Shown here piece after piece: positions 9,493 to 17,559 of a DNA stretch of 64,000 nucleotides. A program made the position numbers and the translations under genes. The notes under the pieces were generated by a model. That model searched no databases and had not been told where the DNA came from. It was given only the letters and a program-made list of their open reading frames with translations. How positions within the stretch are numbered: the first letter of the stretch is position 1; every line of letters starts with the position of its first letter. The DNA is from a virus (taxonomy: Duplodnaviria; Heunggongvirae; Uroviricota; Caudoviricetes), in the IMG/VR virus record IMGVR_UViG_3300028895_001083, one strand, 5' to 3'.

Positions 9493-9744
9493 ATGTCATG
9501 GAGAAAATTCTGGCGCGATTTGCGATGTTTTGCGGCCGGAGAACCCAGTCCCCGCAACGTAACTCTCGGCGAGGCTCACATCAAACATTTGGCCGGCGGA
9601 GGCAACATTGTTTTGCCCCGCAACACCGTCAAGATCACGTTTGCCGACCTCGGCCTCGAAGGCATGCTCGCAGCCATCTCGTCAGGACATCTTACTATTG
9701 ACGCCGTCGGCGATGACTTCGTCTACAGAAAGGAAGACGCTTGA
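9493..9744 (+). CDS. Hypothetical protein
   Basis: AAAGGAGG SD with 6-nt spacing. Confidence 0.6.
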   Translation: MSWRKFWRDLRCFAAGEPSPRNVTLGEAHIKHLAGGGNIVLPRNTVKITFADLGLEGMLAAISSGHLTIDAVGDDFVYRKEDA

Positions 9745-10337
9745 AATCGATTGTGCACGAGGACTTTTTCAAGAGCCTCAAGCGCCTGTGCCGCTCCAAG
9801 TGGCACCCATCAAACCTCTGGTACCGGTTCAAATGTTGGGCCTGGAAGAGGTATACCACGATCAAGCCACGCAATCTCGACCATACGTGGTGCGATCGCT
9901 GTGAACTACTCCCGCACATGATGTTCGAGATCTTGGGCGAGTTCATCGAGAAGGAGTGCTCGCCCGGCCATGTCGAGTGGTACGGCGAGCACGGCCACAA
10001 GATCGAAGTCGATGGCGAGGAAGTCTACGTCATGGACGAGATGAAAGCCCTGTGGGAGTGGTTCACTGAGAAGTACATGAAGGCCTACCCGGAAGCCGAG
10101 GAGATGATCTACGATCGCATCCGCGCGATCGACGAGCAGCATCTGAAAGCGCACTTCGTTCCGTACGGAGACAGCGACGACCTCGTCGAGTGGGACCCGC
10201 AGTACGACGATGCTTCTAAGAAAGAGTTTGTCTCGAAGCTGTACTCGGAGTGCAGCGAACGCGAGCAGCTCGTTGAAGAAGAGAAGGCGGAGATGATGCA
10301 CCGCCTCGTCAACATTCACCGGTATATGTGGACTTGA
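9741..10337 (+). CDS. Hypothetical protein
   Basis: TTG start overlaps the upstream stop. An alternative ATG-ATG start lies near 9918. Confidence 0.5.
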   Translation: MKSIVHEDFFKSLKRLCRSKWHPSNLWYRFKCWAWKRYTTIKPRNLDHTWCDRCELLPHMMFEILGEFIEKECSPGHVEWYGEHGHKIEVDGEEVYVMDEMKALWEWFTEKYMKAYPEAEEMIYDRIRAIDEQHLKAHFVPYGDSDDLVEWDPQYDDASKKEFVSKLYSECSEREQLVEEEKAEMMHRLVNIHRYMWT

Positions 10338-10340
10338 ATT

Positions 10341-10634
10341 ATGGATGTAGAGACGTATTTGCGGGAGCATTCTGTACTTGACGGCCACGGCAATCTGGAC
10401 GGGGAGTTTGTGCCCCTACCGATAGCATGGTTAGCTGTGCAGATGCATTCCGAAGGTAAACTCGAACTCTTACCGCGGTCGTGGGTGCGGGACGATCACG
10501 TAGGCAGTCTCAGTGTCATAGCGGCTGGTGTGGATCCCAACCACCAGACCGACCACTGCGACCACTGCGGATATGTCTTCGCAGAGAAAGATGACGAGAT
10601 TATCCCGACATGCACACACACACTGAGCATGTGA
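10341..10634 (+). CDS. Hypothetical protein (C-terminal CDHCG motif)
   Basis: ORF with coding-like composition; no clear SD. Confidence 0.45.
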   Translation: MDVETYLREHSVLDGHGNLDGEFVPLPIAWLAVQMHSEGKLELLPRSWVRDDHVGSLSVIAAGVDPNHQTDHCDHCGYVFAEKDDEIIPTCTHTLSM

Positions 10635-10681
10635 CCCTATGCCGGACCTGCTACAACAAGGCCGGAACGAATGTACGTTAG

Positions 10682-12565
10682 TTACTCGAGCAGCTCGTCA
10701 TCCCACTCACCATCCGTAAGCGGCACCGATGCCCGCAGTTGTTCGTCGGTGATCGCGTAGGAGGCGAGCTCGTCGAGTCGTGGCCACCGCTTGGTGCGGT
10801 ACCACACCGCCACGCAGCCCAAATTGACAGCCTGGGCGAAGTCGTCAGTGAATCCTTCCTGCCGGGTGATCCGGTAGATCTCACCGGCGGCCATCGTGGT
10901 GATTTTGTCTTCGGTCAAGGCCAGAAAGTCCCGGATCAGGCCCGGATCCTCTTGGGAGTTGTAGTCCTTGTCGAAGAAACGGAGCTTCTGGCACTTGATC
11001 ATCGCACACGTCAGCAAGAGCGTTCGGCTCTTGTCGACACGGTAGTGGCTACGCGGATGCTGCATCGTAGGAGCAACGTGGTAGCAGGGCTGCTGGTTAG
11101 CGGAGCGGACGTACTGACAGGGCATCACTTTGCGAGTCGGAATGCCCGCTTGAATCAGGAACGTCTCCCGCAGAGAGCCGGCACCAGTGTAGTCGTGTGC
11201 GAGAATCTCGGGCTTGAAGATATCCCAGTAGTGTTTGACCTCTTTGGCTTCGCGCAGGTGGTCGTGGGGTGTAAGGAGCCGCTTGCCCCACAGTACGTCG
11301 ATCGAGCCATCGTGCTTCACACCAAGGAGAGCGATCGTCGTAAAGCTGATCTTCTTTTCACCGCCCCCTCCCCAGTCAACGCCCAGCACGCGAAATTTGT
11401 ATTGCCCGCAGCGACCACGGGCACGTGCAACTGTGTTGGGCCCGAGGTCAGACACCCGGTCAATTTCAGTCAGCGTAACGAGTTTGGCGGCCGTGTCGTA
11501 AGACTCGCCGAGAACCTCGTTCCAAAACACGTTCGCAGGCGTGTTGCCTTTGCCCGCCATCTTGGCGAGGAGTTCAGCCCACTTGTCAGGCTTGGCATAG
11601 TGCAAAGGCATGATCACCTGTGGAACATGGTATCCCGCCTGTAGCCATACCCGGTCGGGATGCCGGTGTACCCAGCGCCCCAGTCGGGGACTAATCGGCT
11701 TGCCGCAATGATAACAAATCGTCGCCGGGCACTTCTCGCTGATGTCGGTGTGATACTCGCCGATCATCTTCTCGAGATGGAACTCCATGGACGGTATGTT
11801 CCAGCGCGGCTTGCCGTTCTGGGTACAATGAAAACAGGGAATAAACCACTCGGCCTGGCTGGACTCGGTCCACAGGGCCTCTAGAGTGTTGTCCAACGTC
11901 TTCGGCGTGCCGGTGAACTGCCGGATCGCCCAGTCGGATGCCGACATCGTTTCGCGGATGATCGGGATATGTTCATGGTTCATATCCTGGACCTCGTCGA
12001 TGGCCACTTTGTCCGCGGAAATACCCCGGACACGGTCAGCGTTGAGGAATGCGAACGAAAAGAGCATTTTGGAGTCGTTACGGAAGGAGCGGTGCAGCAC
12101 GCTGTTCACGGTGGTCGTGTCCGACCACAAGAACTTCACCGGACTTTGGTCGATGAAGGGCTGGACGAACATCGTGCTGAAGCGCCGAACCTGCTCGAAC
12201 AGCGGCATCACGTAGAGTGTGCTGAAGTTCGGGATGGAGGTGGATGTGATTACCCCGTGGGCAGCGAGCGATGTGCTCTTGCTCACCTGCCGCCCCGTCT
12301 TGTAGACTATGGCGGACGGCATACGGAATCTGAAGATCTCTTCAAAGGGGAAGTGGTTCGCCAAGGTGTACGGCTTACCCTTGAGATTGAGGAGCAGCAT
12401 GAGCCCGTTGGCAAGTGAGTCCAACCGGCCCGACTGCAACAGCTGCGTGAAGAGCCTGACTCTTTCGTTAGCTGACAACTCCTCGATATTCTGGGGACTG
12501 AATGCGGCCCTCATCCGCATCTGCAGTCGTGCCAGTGCTTCAGGTTCTTGAAAGGGTACATCCAT
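10682..12565 (-). CDS. Terminase large subunit (GpA-like)
   Basis: 627 aa. Walker B-like AIDEVQD. Central CFHC...CYHCGKP zinc-finger pair and a C-terminal nuclease-sized domain match the lambda gpA-type terminase architecture. Confidence 0.8.
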   Translation of the reverse strand: MDVPFQEPEALARLQMRMRAAFSPQNIEELSANERVRLFTQLLQSGRLDSLANGLMLLLNLKGKPYTLANHFPFEEIFRFRMPSAIVYKTGRQVSKSTSLAAHGVITSTSIPNFSTLYVMPLFEQVRRFSTMFVQPFIDQSPVKFLWSDTTTVNSVLHRSFRNDSKMLFSFAFLNADRVRGISADKVAIDEVQDMNHEHIPIIRETMSASDWAIRQFTGTPKTLDNTLEALWTESSQAEWFIPCFHCTQNGKPRWNIPSMEFHLEKMIGEYHTDISEKCPATICYHCGKPISPRLGRWVHRHPDRVWLQAGYHVPQVIMPLHYAKPDKWAELLAKMAGKGNTPANVFWNEVLGESYDTAAKLVTLTEIDRVSDLGPNTVARARGRCGQYKFRVLGVDWGGGGEKKISFTTIALLGVKHDGSIDVLWGKRLLTPHDHLREAKEVKHYWDIFKPEILAHDYTGAGSLRETFLIQAGIPTRKVMPCQYVRSANQQPCYHVAPTMQHPRSHYRVDKSRTLLLTCAMIKCQKLRFFDKDYNSQEDPGLIRDFLALTEDKITTMAAGEIYRITRQEGFTDDFAQAVNLGCVAVWYRTKRWPRLDELASYAITDEQLRASVPLTDGEWDDELLE

Positions 12566-12982
12566 GGATAGAACTCCGTTTGAGGTAGAGAGGTATCGTC
12601 AGCGCGAGCTTGCAAAGTTCGATGCTGCTGGTCACTTCTGTGGCGAGGTCGCTCGACGAACCCGCCCGTTCTGGGTCACTGTTTTGATCGCTTGGGTGAT
12701 CATAATGGTGGTCTGCTATCTGTGACATGATAGCACAGACATGCTAAAACGCGAAGTCTGATACACTCCAGCCTGGGAGGAGCTGCTAATGGCAGTAACA
12801 ATGAATGCGAGGTTGTTTCTTGAGCGTGCGGGTCTCCGGCCAACATTCAGGCGACCGGTCCCGACCACAGTCCCGGAGGATAATCCCATCTTCTCCCTCC
12901 CGTTGGATCCGCCACTACCACCGGCGGAATTGATACGGGACGGATGGCCTCCGCCGGACAGGTCTTCGACTCAGAATGACCC

Positions 12983-13192
12983 ATGGCATCTTGGATCTAC
13001 AGAGTAACCATGTTTGCAAGTTGGTTTCGCGTGGCCATATGGTTGATCGTGCTGGCCTTGCTTGGAGCCGTCATCTTCGACGGGCCTTTCAAGCTTGTAC
13101 CAGCCATCATTATTGGCTTCGTTCTTTACGGATTTTTCCATGTAGCAAGAGGCTTCGCAAGTGCGAAGGGCTGCGGAGAGTGGGAAGAATGA
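12983..13192 (+). CDS. Small two-TM membrane protein (holin-like size class)
   Basis: 69 aa with two hydrophobic helices. The stop overlaps the next start (ATGA). Confidence 0.45.
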   Translation: MASWIYRVTMFASWFRVAIWLIVLALLGAVIFDGPFKLVPAIIIGFVLYGFFHVARGFASAKGCGEWEE

Positions 13193-13584
13193 CTTTAATC
13201 GATCTTTTGGTGCTCGCTATGGCGGCACATACCCTCGTCAGCGTGTGGTTGCAAGACGGCGGGCTATTCGAAAGCTGGCGCGATTGGCTTCGTGCCTGGG
13301 CAACGCCCACGATGCGCCAGCACAGCTCGTACGAAATGCCCACCCGTTGGTCAATGGTTCGTATGAAGATCGCATACTTGGCAGAATGTCGTTTCTGCCT
13401 AACCTGCCAGGCCTGCTTTTGGCTTCTGGTACTCTTCTGGCTCCCCGGCTATTGGCTTCCAGCCATCTGGGGTGAAATCCTCTACGTGCCGGTGTACGCA
13501 CTGGCTGCTGCATGCATTGCTAGTGCCGCGACGTATCTGATGGATGCGCTCGAGGCGAAAGCAGAATCTTATTCACGAGAATAA
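13189..13584 (+). CDS. Integral membrane protein
   Basis: GGGAAG SD and multiple TM helices. The stop TAA lies inside palindrome site 2. Confidence 0.5.
   Translation: MTLIDLLVLAMAAHTLVSVWLQDGGLFESWRDWLRAWATPTMRQHSSYEMPTRWSMVRMKIAYLAECRFCLTCQACFWLLVLFWLPGYWLPAIWGEILYVPVYALAAACIASAATYLMDALEAKAESYSRE
13569..13584 (+). promoter_or_regulatory. Palindrome-family site 2 (TTATTCacgaGAATAA)
   Basis: Perfect TTATTC-N4-GAATAA ending 1 nt before the ATG of gene 13586. Confidence 0.55.
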
Positions 13585-13585
13585 T

Positions 13586-14008
13586 ATGTCCGAACGCAAA
13601 GTACCGTTCAATGAGCAGCTTCAGGCTGCTGTTGACGCATGCGAGGAGACTCTAAGGGACATTCCGGAGGTCGAAGGCGTGGCATTCACGTTTATCTACG
13701 CCGACGGCCTTACGGAGTCCGAGCCCTCGAACGTGCTTATCGGGCCTGACGACCCGATCTTTCTCGCTAAGGCTGGTAAGCAACTCACAAAGCTCCAGCG
13801 CACTGTGACCGCAGCGTTGCAGGAAAAGTTCACCGTGGCCGAGACCGTTCTATCGAACCTCAAGGCGCAAATTGACGAACACATCGCAAAAGCCAAAGAC
13901 CAGGAAGGGAACCAAGCGGAAGAAACCCCAGATCAAGGGGATAGCGACGCTGGACGACCTCCTGAAACACCTGCACATCCAGACGTGGGACACCCTGATA
14001 GTGGGTGA
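13586..14008 (+). CDS. Hypothetical protein
   Basis: ATG 1 nt after palindrome site 2, with no SD. GC3 is high until about 13880, then drops where the RNase H frame takes over. Confidence 0.5.
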   Translation: MSERKVPFNEQLQAAVDACEETLRDIPEVEGVAFTFIYADGLTESEPSNVLIGPDDPIFLAKAGKQLTKLQRTVTAALQEKFTVAETVLSNLKAQIDEHIAKAKDQEGNQAEETPDQGDSDAGRPPETPAHPDVGHPDSG

Positions 14009-14516
14009 CGGGTCTGGGACCGGGTGGAAACAAGGGGCCGGCTGGGCCTCCGTACTCATCGACCAGTCCTCAGGCGCCCGCAAACTCTTCTATGGCGCCA
14101 TGAACACTGGGACCGTCACTCTTGGCGAGATGTTCCCGTATCTGCATGCCCTATCGTGGTACGCCGGCCGAGACGGGCCAGGGCGTAACCGCCGACAAGA
14201 GGTCCAGCAACTGGGCCGTGACATGCAGGTGCACATCGTTACCGATTCCCAAACCGTCGCAACGTGCGGAAACAACCCCGCATCCCGGCGCTCGCATCGC
14301 GAGCTCTGGAAAGCGTTCGACGAGTACCGCAGCAACGGCTTTGCCTTGCAGTTCCACTTCGTTGCCCGGGACGTGATCAACTTGAACGTCCTGGTCGACG
14401 AGATTTCGCGTCAAGCACGCAAAGACATGGAGGAGACATACAGTACCGCCATGGAAACGCTGTGCAAACGATACCCAGGCCTCCCGGAGGATGCCACCAT
14501 CTATGACTTCAACTGA
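13872..14516 (+). CDS. RNase H-like ribonuclease with basic N-terminal extension
   Basis: LIVGDGSG, TDSQ and D..N..DLW-type spacing match the RNase HI fold. N-terminal tail KPKTRKGTKRKKPQIKG. Only a TTG is available as start. Confidence 0.7.
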   Translation: MTNTSQKPKTRKGTKRKKPQIKGIATLDDLLKHLHIQTWDTLIVGDGSGTGWKQGAGWASVLIDQSSGARKLFYGAMNTGTVTLGEMFPYLHALSWYAGRDGPGRNRRQEVQQLGRDMQVHIVTDSQTVATCGNNPASRRSHRELWKAFDEYRSNGFALQFHFVARDVINLNVLVDEISRQARKDMEETYSTAMETLCKRYPGLPEDATIYDFN

Positions 14517-14958
14517 TCCCACGCTGGCGACGTATCACAAAGACCTCTACGAGGACGATACGCCGCTTGCCATCATCAAGTTCTTCGAAGCCCAGCTCAA
14601 CCGGACGCCCGACAGCGACCGCGACTGGCACGAGAACGTCCGCTACCGTGTCCATTACGGTAACACCATCACAGGGCGTTGCTGGGGCGAGTACGACGAA
14701 GGCACTGTGGCACTCAACAACGAGGAGCCACAGGGCCTGATGATGCTCGCGACGCCGTCTACGAAGGAGGGGCCGCTGGTCCTGACTGGGTCGATCGTAC
14801 GGATCGATAAGCTTGCTGGCCGCTCGGTCGAGCAGGTGTACAGACATCCCACATATCACACCCACGAGGAGGAAGCGCGCGTTGCAAAAGCGGAAGTGCA
14901 GCCTGAACGGCGGCCGCGACGCATCGTGCTCAGAGGAAATGCCGACGGAGACACGTAG
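14503..14958 (+). CDS. Hypothetical protein
   Basis: ATG overlaps the RNase H 3' end by 14 nt. Confidence 0.5.
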   Translation: MTSTDPTLATYHKDLYEDDTPLAIIKFFEAQLNRTPDSDRDWHENVRYRVHYGNTITGRCWGEYDEGTVALNNEEPQGLMMLATPSTKEGPLVLTGSIVRIDKLAGRSVEQVYRHPTYHTHEEEARVAKAEVQPERRPRRIVLRGNADGDT

Positions 14959-16759
14959 TTTCAAGATGGACCAGAGTTTGCTGGTCAGCGTGATCAAGAA
15001 GCAGGCAGGCAGCCTGTGGAAAGCCGTTGTGGAAGGCGGGCAGAACGTCATCGACGCTGCCGCCCGCAAGTGCGAGATCGATTGCACGCCACAGATGGTG
15101 CAGATTCGCGATAACGGAAAGGGGTTCCGGTCCAAGGCGGACATTGAGAACTTCTTCGAAGTCTTCGGCAAACCGCACGAAGAAAGAGAGCAGAAAGTCT
15201 TTGGACAGTACCGCATGGGCCGCGGCCAGCTGTTCGCCTTCGGGCGTAACGTCTGGCGGTCCGGCGAGTTCGAGATGATCGTCGATATTGAGGAGAACGG
15301 CCTGGATTATGAGCTACGATCTGGCCTCGAGTATCACAACGGCTGCATCGTGACAGTGGAGCTTTATCGGCCGCTGTCGCATGTCCAGCACAACGAGATC
15401 CTCGACGAGATCAAGAAGAACATCAAGTTCGTCCAGATCCCGTTCCATCTGAATGGCGACGAGAAGCAGTTCAACAAGAAGCCCGACAAGATCGCCTGGG
15501 ACCTCTCGACGGCCGAGGCGGACTTCAAGTGGCGTGACAACGGGAACCTGGAGCTGTTCAACCAGGGCATCCGTGTCTGCTCTTACCCGCGCTACCGGTA
15601 CGGCACCGGCGGCGACATCGTGTCCAAAAAGCAGCTGGACGTGAACTTCGCCCGAAACGACGTCATGGACAGCTGTGAGACGTGGCAGGCGATCAGAAAG
15701 ACCGTGCGCGACCACGTCAACGCACGGACGTTGGCCCAGCAAGAAACGGCCGGCCGGCAACGGAATACCCCGACGCGCACACGTGCCCGGGCAACCAATC
15801 GGCGGCGTCCGACGCTGACCGAGCAGGACCGCTGCCGCGTCGTGCGCGAGATGAAAGACGGGTCGTTGAACAAGCGCCAGATGAAGGCCGCCAAGGTCTT
15901 CACGATGTGGCGTAAGGAAACGCACTCGACGATCTCCGCCGTATACAAGATCGCCAAGGGGAACGTCACGTTCCTCCCAGACGAGACACCGGCGTACTCG
16001 AGCCTACCCAAATCGCTGGCGGATCACCGCCTGGCGGTCGTGCTCGATCCCGTCATGTTCAACCGCTGGGGATGGAAACCGGAGTTCCCGGAAAAGCTAG
16101 TCGAGAACATCAACGCCACGTTCGACGAGCAGTTCGGCAAGTACGCAAACGACGTCCGGCTGAAGTACGTCGATGCGGACAAGATCGTGAAGACGATGCA
16201 AGGATCGAACACGGTCATCGACGCGAACAAGATGACACGCCTCGAACGCATCGCCACGGCGACTATGAGCGCCAATATCAGCAACATCCACTGGGCAGCC
16301 TGCCGTGTCAATGTCCAGCAGAACCGCAACGCGCAGCGGCGCATTGTGGTCGGCATCGGTCCGTTCGATTCGTGGACCGACGGCCGTACGTTCATTGCGA
16401 TCAACCGCCGGGTGATTGCTGCTGTCAAGGTCGGGCCTTCCAGCTGGTGGCGCTACGCTACGCTGCTCCTGCACGAGTATCTGCACACAGATGCGACGCA
16501 GGACGCGCATATGCACAAGAAGGACTTCTACGAGGCGTACCACAATCTCGTGCAACAGCACTTCATGGGCGTCTTCTGCTGGAACTGCATGATGCGGCTG
16601 CCCGCCAATGCGCGCAGCGTGCGTCGTCGCCTGACCAGCAAGGAGTTGGCGACTGTCGATGCGGCCGAAGAGCAGCAAATCTACGCACAGAACTGGGACG
16701 ACCTGGGTGTCATGTCACACCCGGATTTGGCGCCCACTTCGCGAGAGGCAGAGGAATGA
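14939..16759 (+). CDS. GHKL-family ATPase (MutL/MORC-like Bergerat fold) with C-terminal HExxH-containing domain
   Basis: N-box EGGQNVIDAA, G1-box IRDNGKGF and G2-box FGQYRMGRGQLFAFG. A basic linker is followed by a HEYLH motif in the C-terminal third. Confidence 0.7.
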   Translation: MPTETRSFKMDQSLLVSVIKKQAGSLWKAVVEGGQNVIDAAARKCEIDCTPQMVQIRDNGKGFRSKADIENFFEVFGKPHEEREQKVFGQYRMGRGQLFAFGRNVWRSGEFEMIVDIEENGLDYELRSGLEYHNGCIVTVELYRPLSHVQHNEILDEIKKNIKFVQIPFHLNGDEKQFNKKPDKIAWDLSTAEADFKWRDNGNLELFNQGIRVCSYPRYRYGTGGDIVSKKQLDVNFARNDVMDSCETWQAIRKTVRDHVNARTLAQQETAGRQRNTPTRTRARATNRRRPTLTEQDRCRVVREMKDGSLNKRQMKAAKVFTMWRKETHSTISAVYKIAKGNVTFLPDETPAYSSLPKSLADHRLAVVLDPVMFNRWGWKPEFPEKLVENINATFDEQFGKYANDVRLKYVDADKIVKTMQGSNTVIDANKMTRLERIATATMSANISNIHWAACRVNVQQNRNAQRRIVVGIGPFDSWTDGRTFIAINRRVIAAVKVGPSSWWRYATLLLHEYLHTDATQDAHMHKKDFYEAYHNLVQQHFMGVFCWNCMMRLPANARSVRRRLTSKELATVDAAEEQQIYAQNWDDLGVMSHPDLAPTSREAEE

Positions 16760-17004
16760 ACGGGCTACCTTGGGACATCCAGGTAGCCCTTGACCTCCGC
16801 ATCTCACACGGGGCCGAGAAGGTGGAGGAGTACTGGGACACGAACATGCACGCCAAGAAGCGGACAGCCGCTATCCGGTGGATCATGTTCAACCGCCCGG
16901 ATCTCCTCAACTTCTCCGGCGCCCCTGTTAAACGGTTCATGGCGCTGATCGAGGCGCTTTTCGAAGAATATAAGGAGGAGCGTCATGTCAAAGAAGGAGC
17001 TTAG
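16756..17004 (+). CDS. Hypothetical protein
   Basis: ATGA overlap with the GHKL gene stop; 82 aa. Confidence 0.5.
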   Translation: MNGLPWDIQVALDLRISHGAEKVEEYWDTNMHAKKRTAAIRWIMFNRPDLLNFSGAPVKRFMALIEALFEEYKEERHVKEGA

Positions 17005-17263
17005 GCAGTGCACACACAAGGACTGCCGACAGTGGACCACGGATTGGTACCCGATCACTGGAGGCGCTCGCCTTAAACACGTCCGCTGCGCCGAGTGCTT
17101 TGAGCGCGAGGTGCGTGCCGCTGTCCACGACGGGATCGTCCCGTTCGACAAGCTGCAGGAGCGGGAGAAGAAGGACACGTATAAGGAGCCACAAACTGTA
17201 CCGGATCAAGATTCAGATGCCGGTCCTAGTCCACCAGGAGAAGATCCATGTGGTGGAGACTGA
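16985..17263 (+). CDS. Zinc-finger-like small protein
   Basis: AAGGAGGAG SD. CTHKDC...CAEC four-Cys arrangement. Confidence 0.6.
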   Translation: MSKKELRQCTHKDCRQWTTDWYPITGGARLKHVRCAECFEREVRAAVHDGIVPFDKLQEREKKDTYKEPQTVPDQDSDAGPSPPGEDPCGGD

Positions 17264-17540
17264 ACTCGAGGTCCCCGACCAGTTCCAACTGGTTGCTGGG
17301 CACTACATATATCACAAGGTGACCAGCGGGCTGATGCCCATCGGCACCGTGATCTACGACGGAAAGCGTGACGTCCTGGTAGCGTGCCTGGACGGAGCGG
17401 CTTATGACAAGACCGTTACTATCGACGAATGGCTGGTGGAGCGTCCGCACTGGGTCGAAGCGACCGGCGAGGACGACGCACCGACGCCGTTCCTCGAGAT
17501 GCAACGGATCAAACTCGCGCCGCCGGATGACGGCGACTAA
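17217..17540 (+). CDS. Hypothetical protein
   Basis: ATG at 17217; an alternative GTG at 17250 has an AGGAG SD. Confidence 0.45.
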   Translation: MPVLVHQEKIHVVETELEVPDQFQLVAGHYIYHKVTSGLMPIGTVIYDGKRDVLVACLDGAAYDKTVTIDEWLVERPHWVEATGEDDAPTPFLEMQRIKLAPPDDGD

Positions 17541-17559
17541 CCCCTTCAGGAGGATGTAC

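Noticed and set aside
16072-16755. Upstream 228 codons of ORF 16072-17004
   Set aside because: Arg/His-rich alternate frame of the GHKL ATPase gene. Only the terminal 82 codons after the GHKL stop were kept, as gene 16756-17004.
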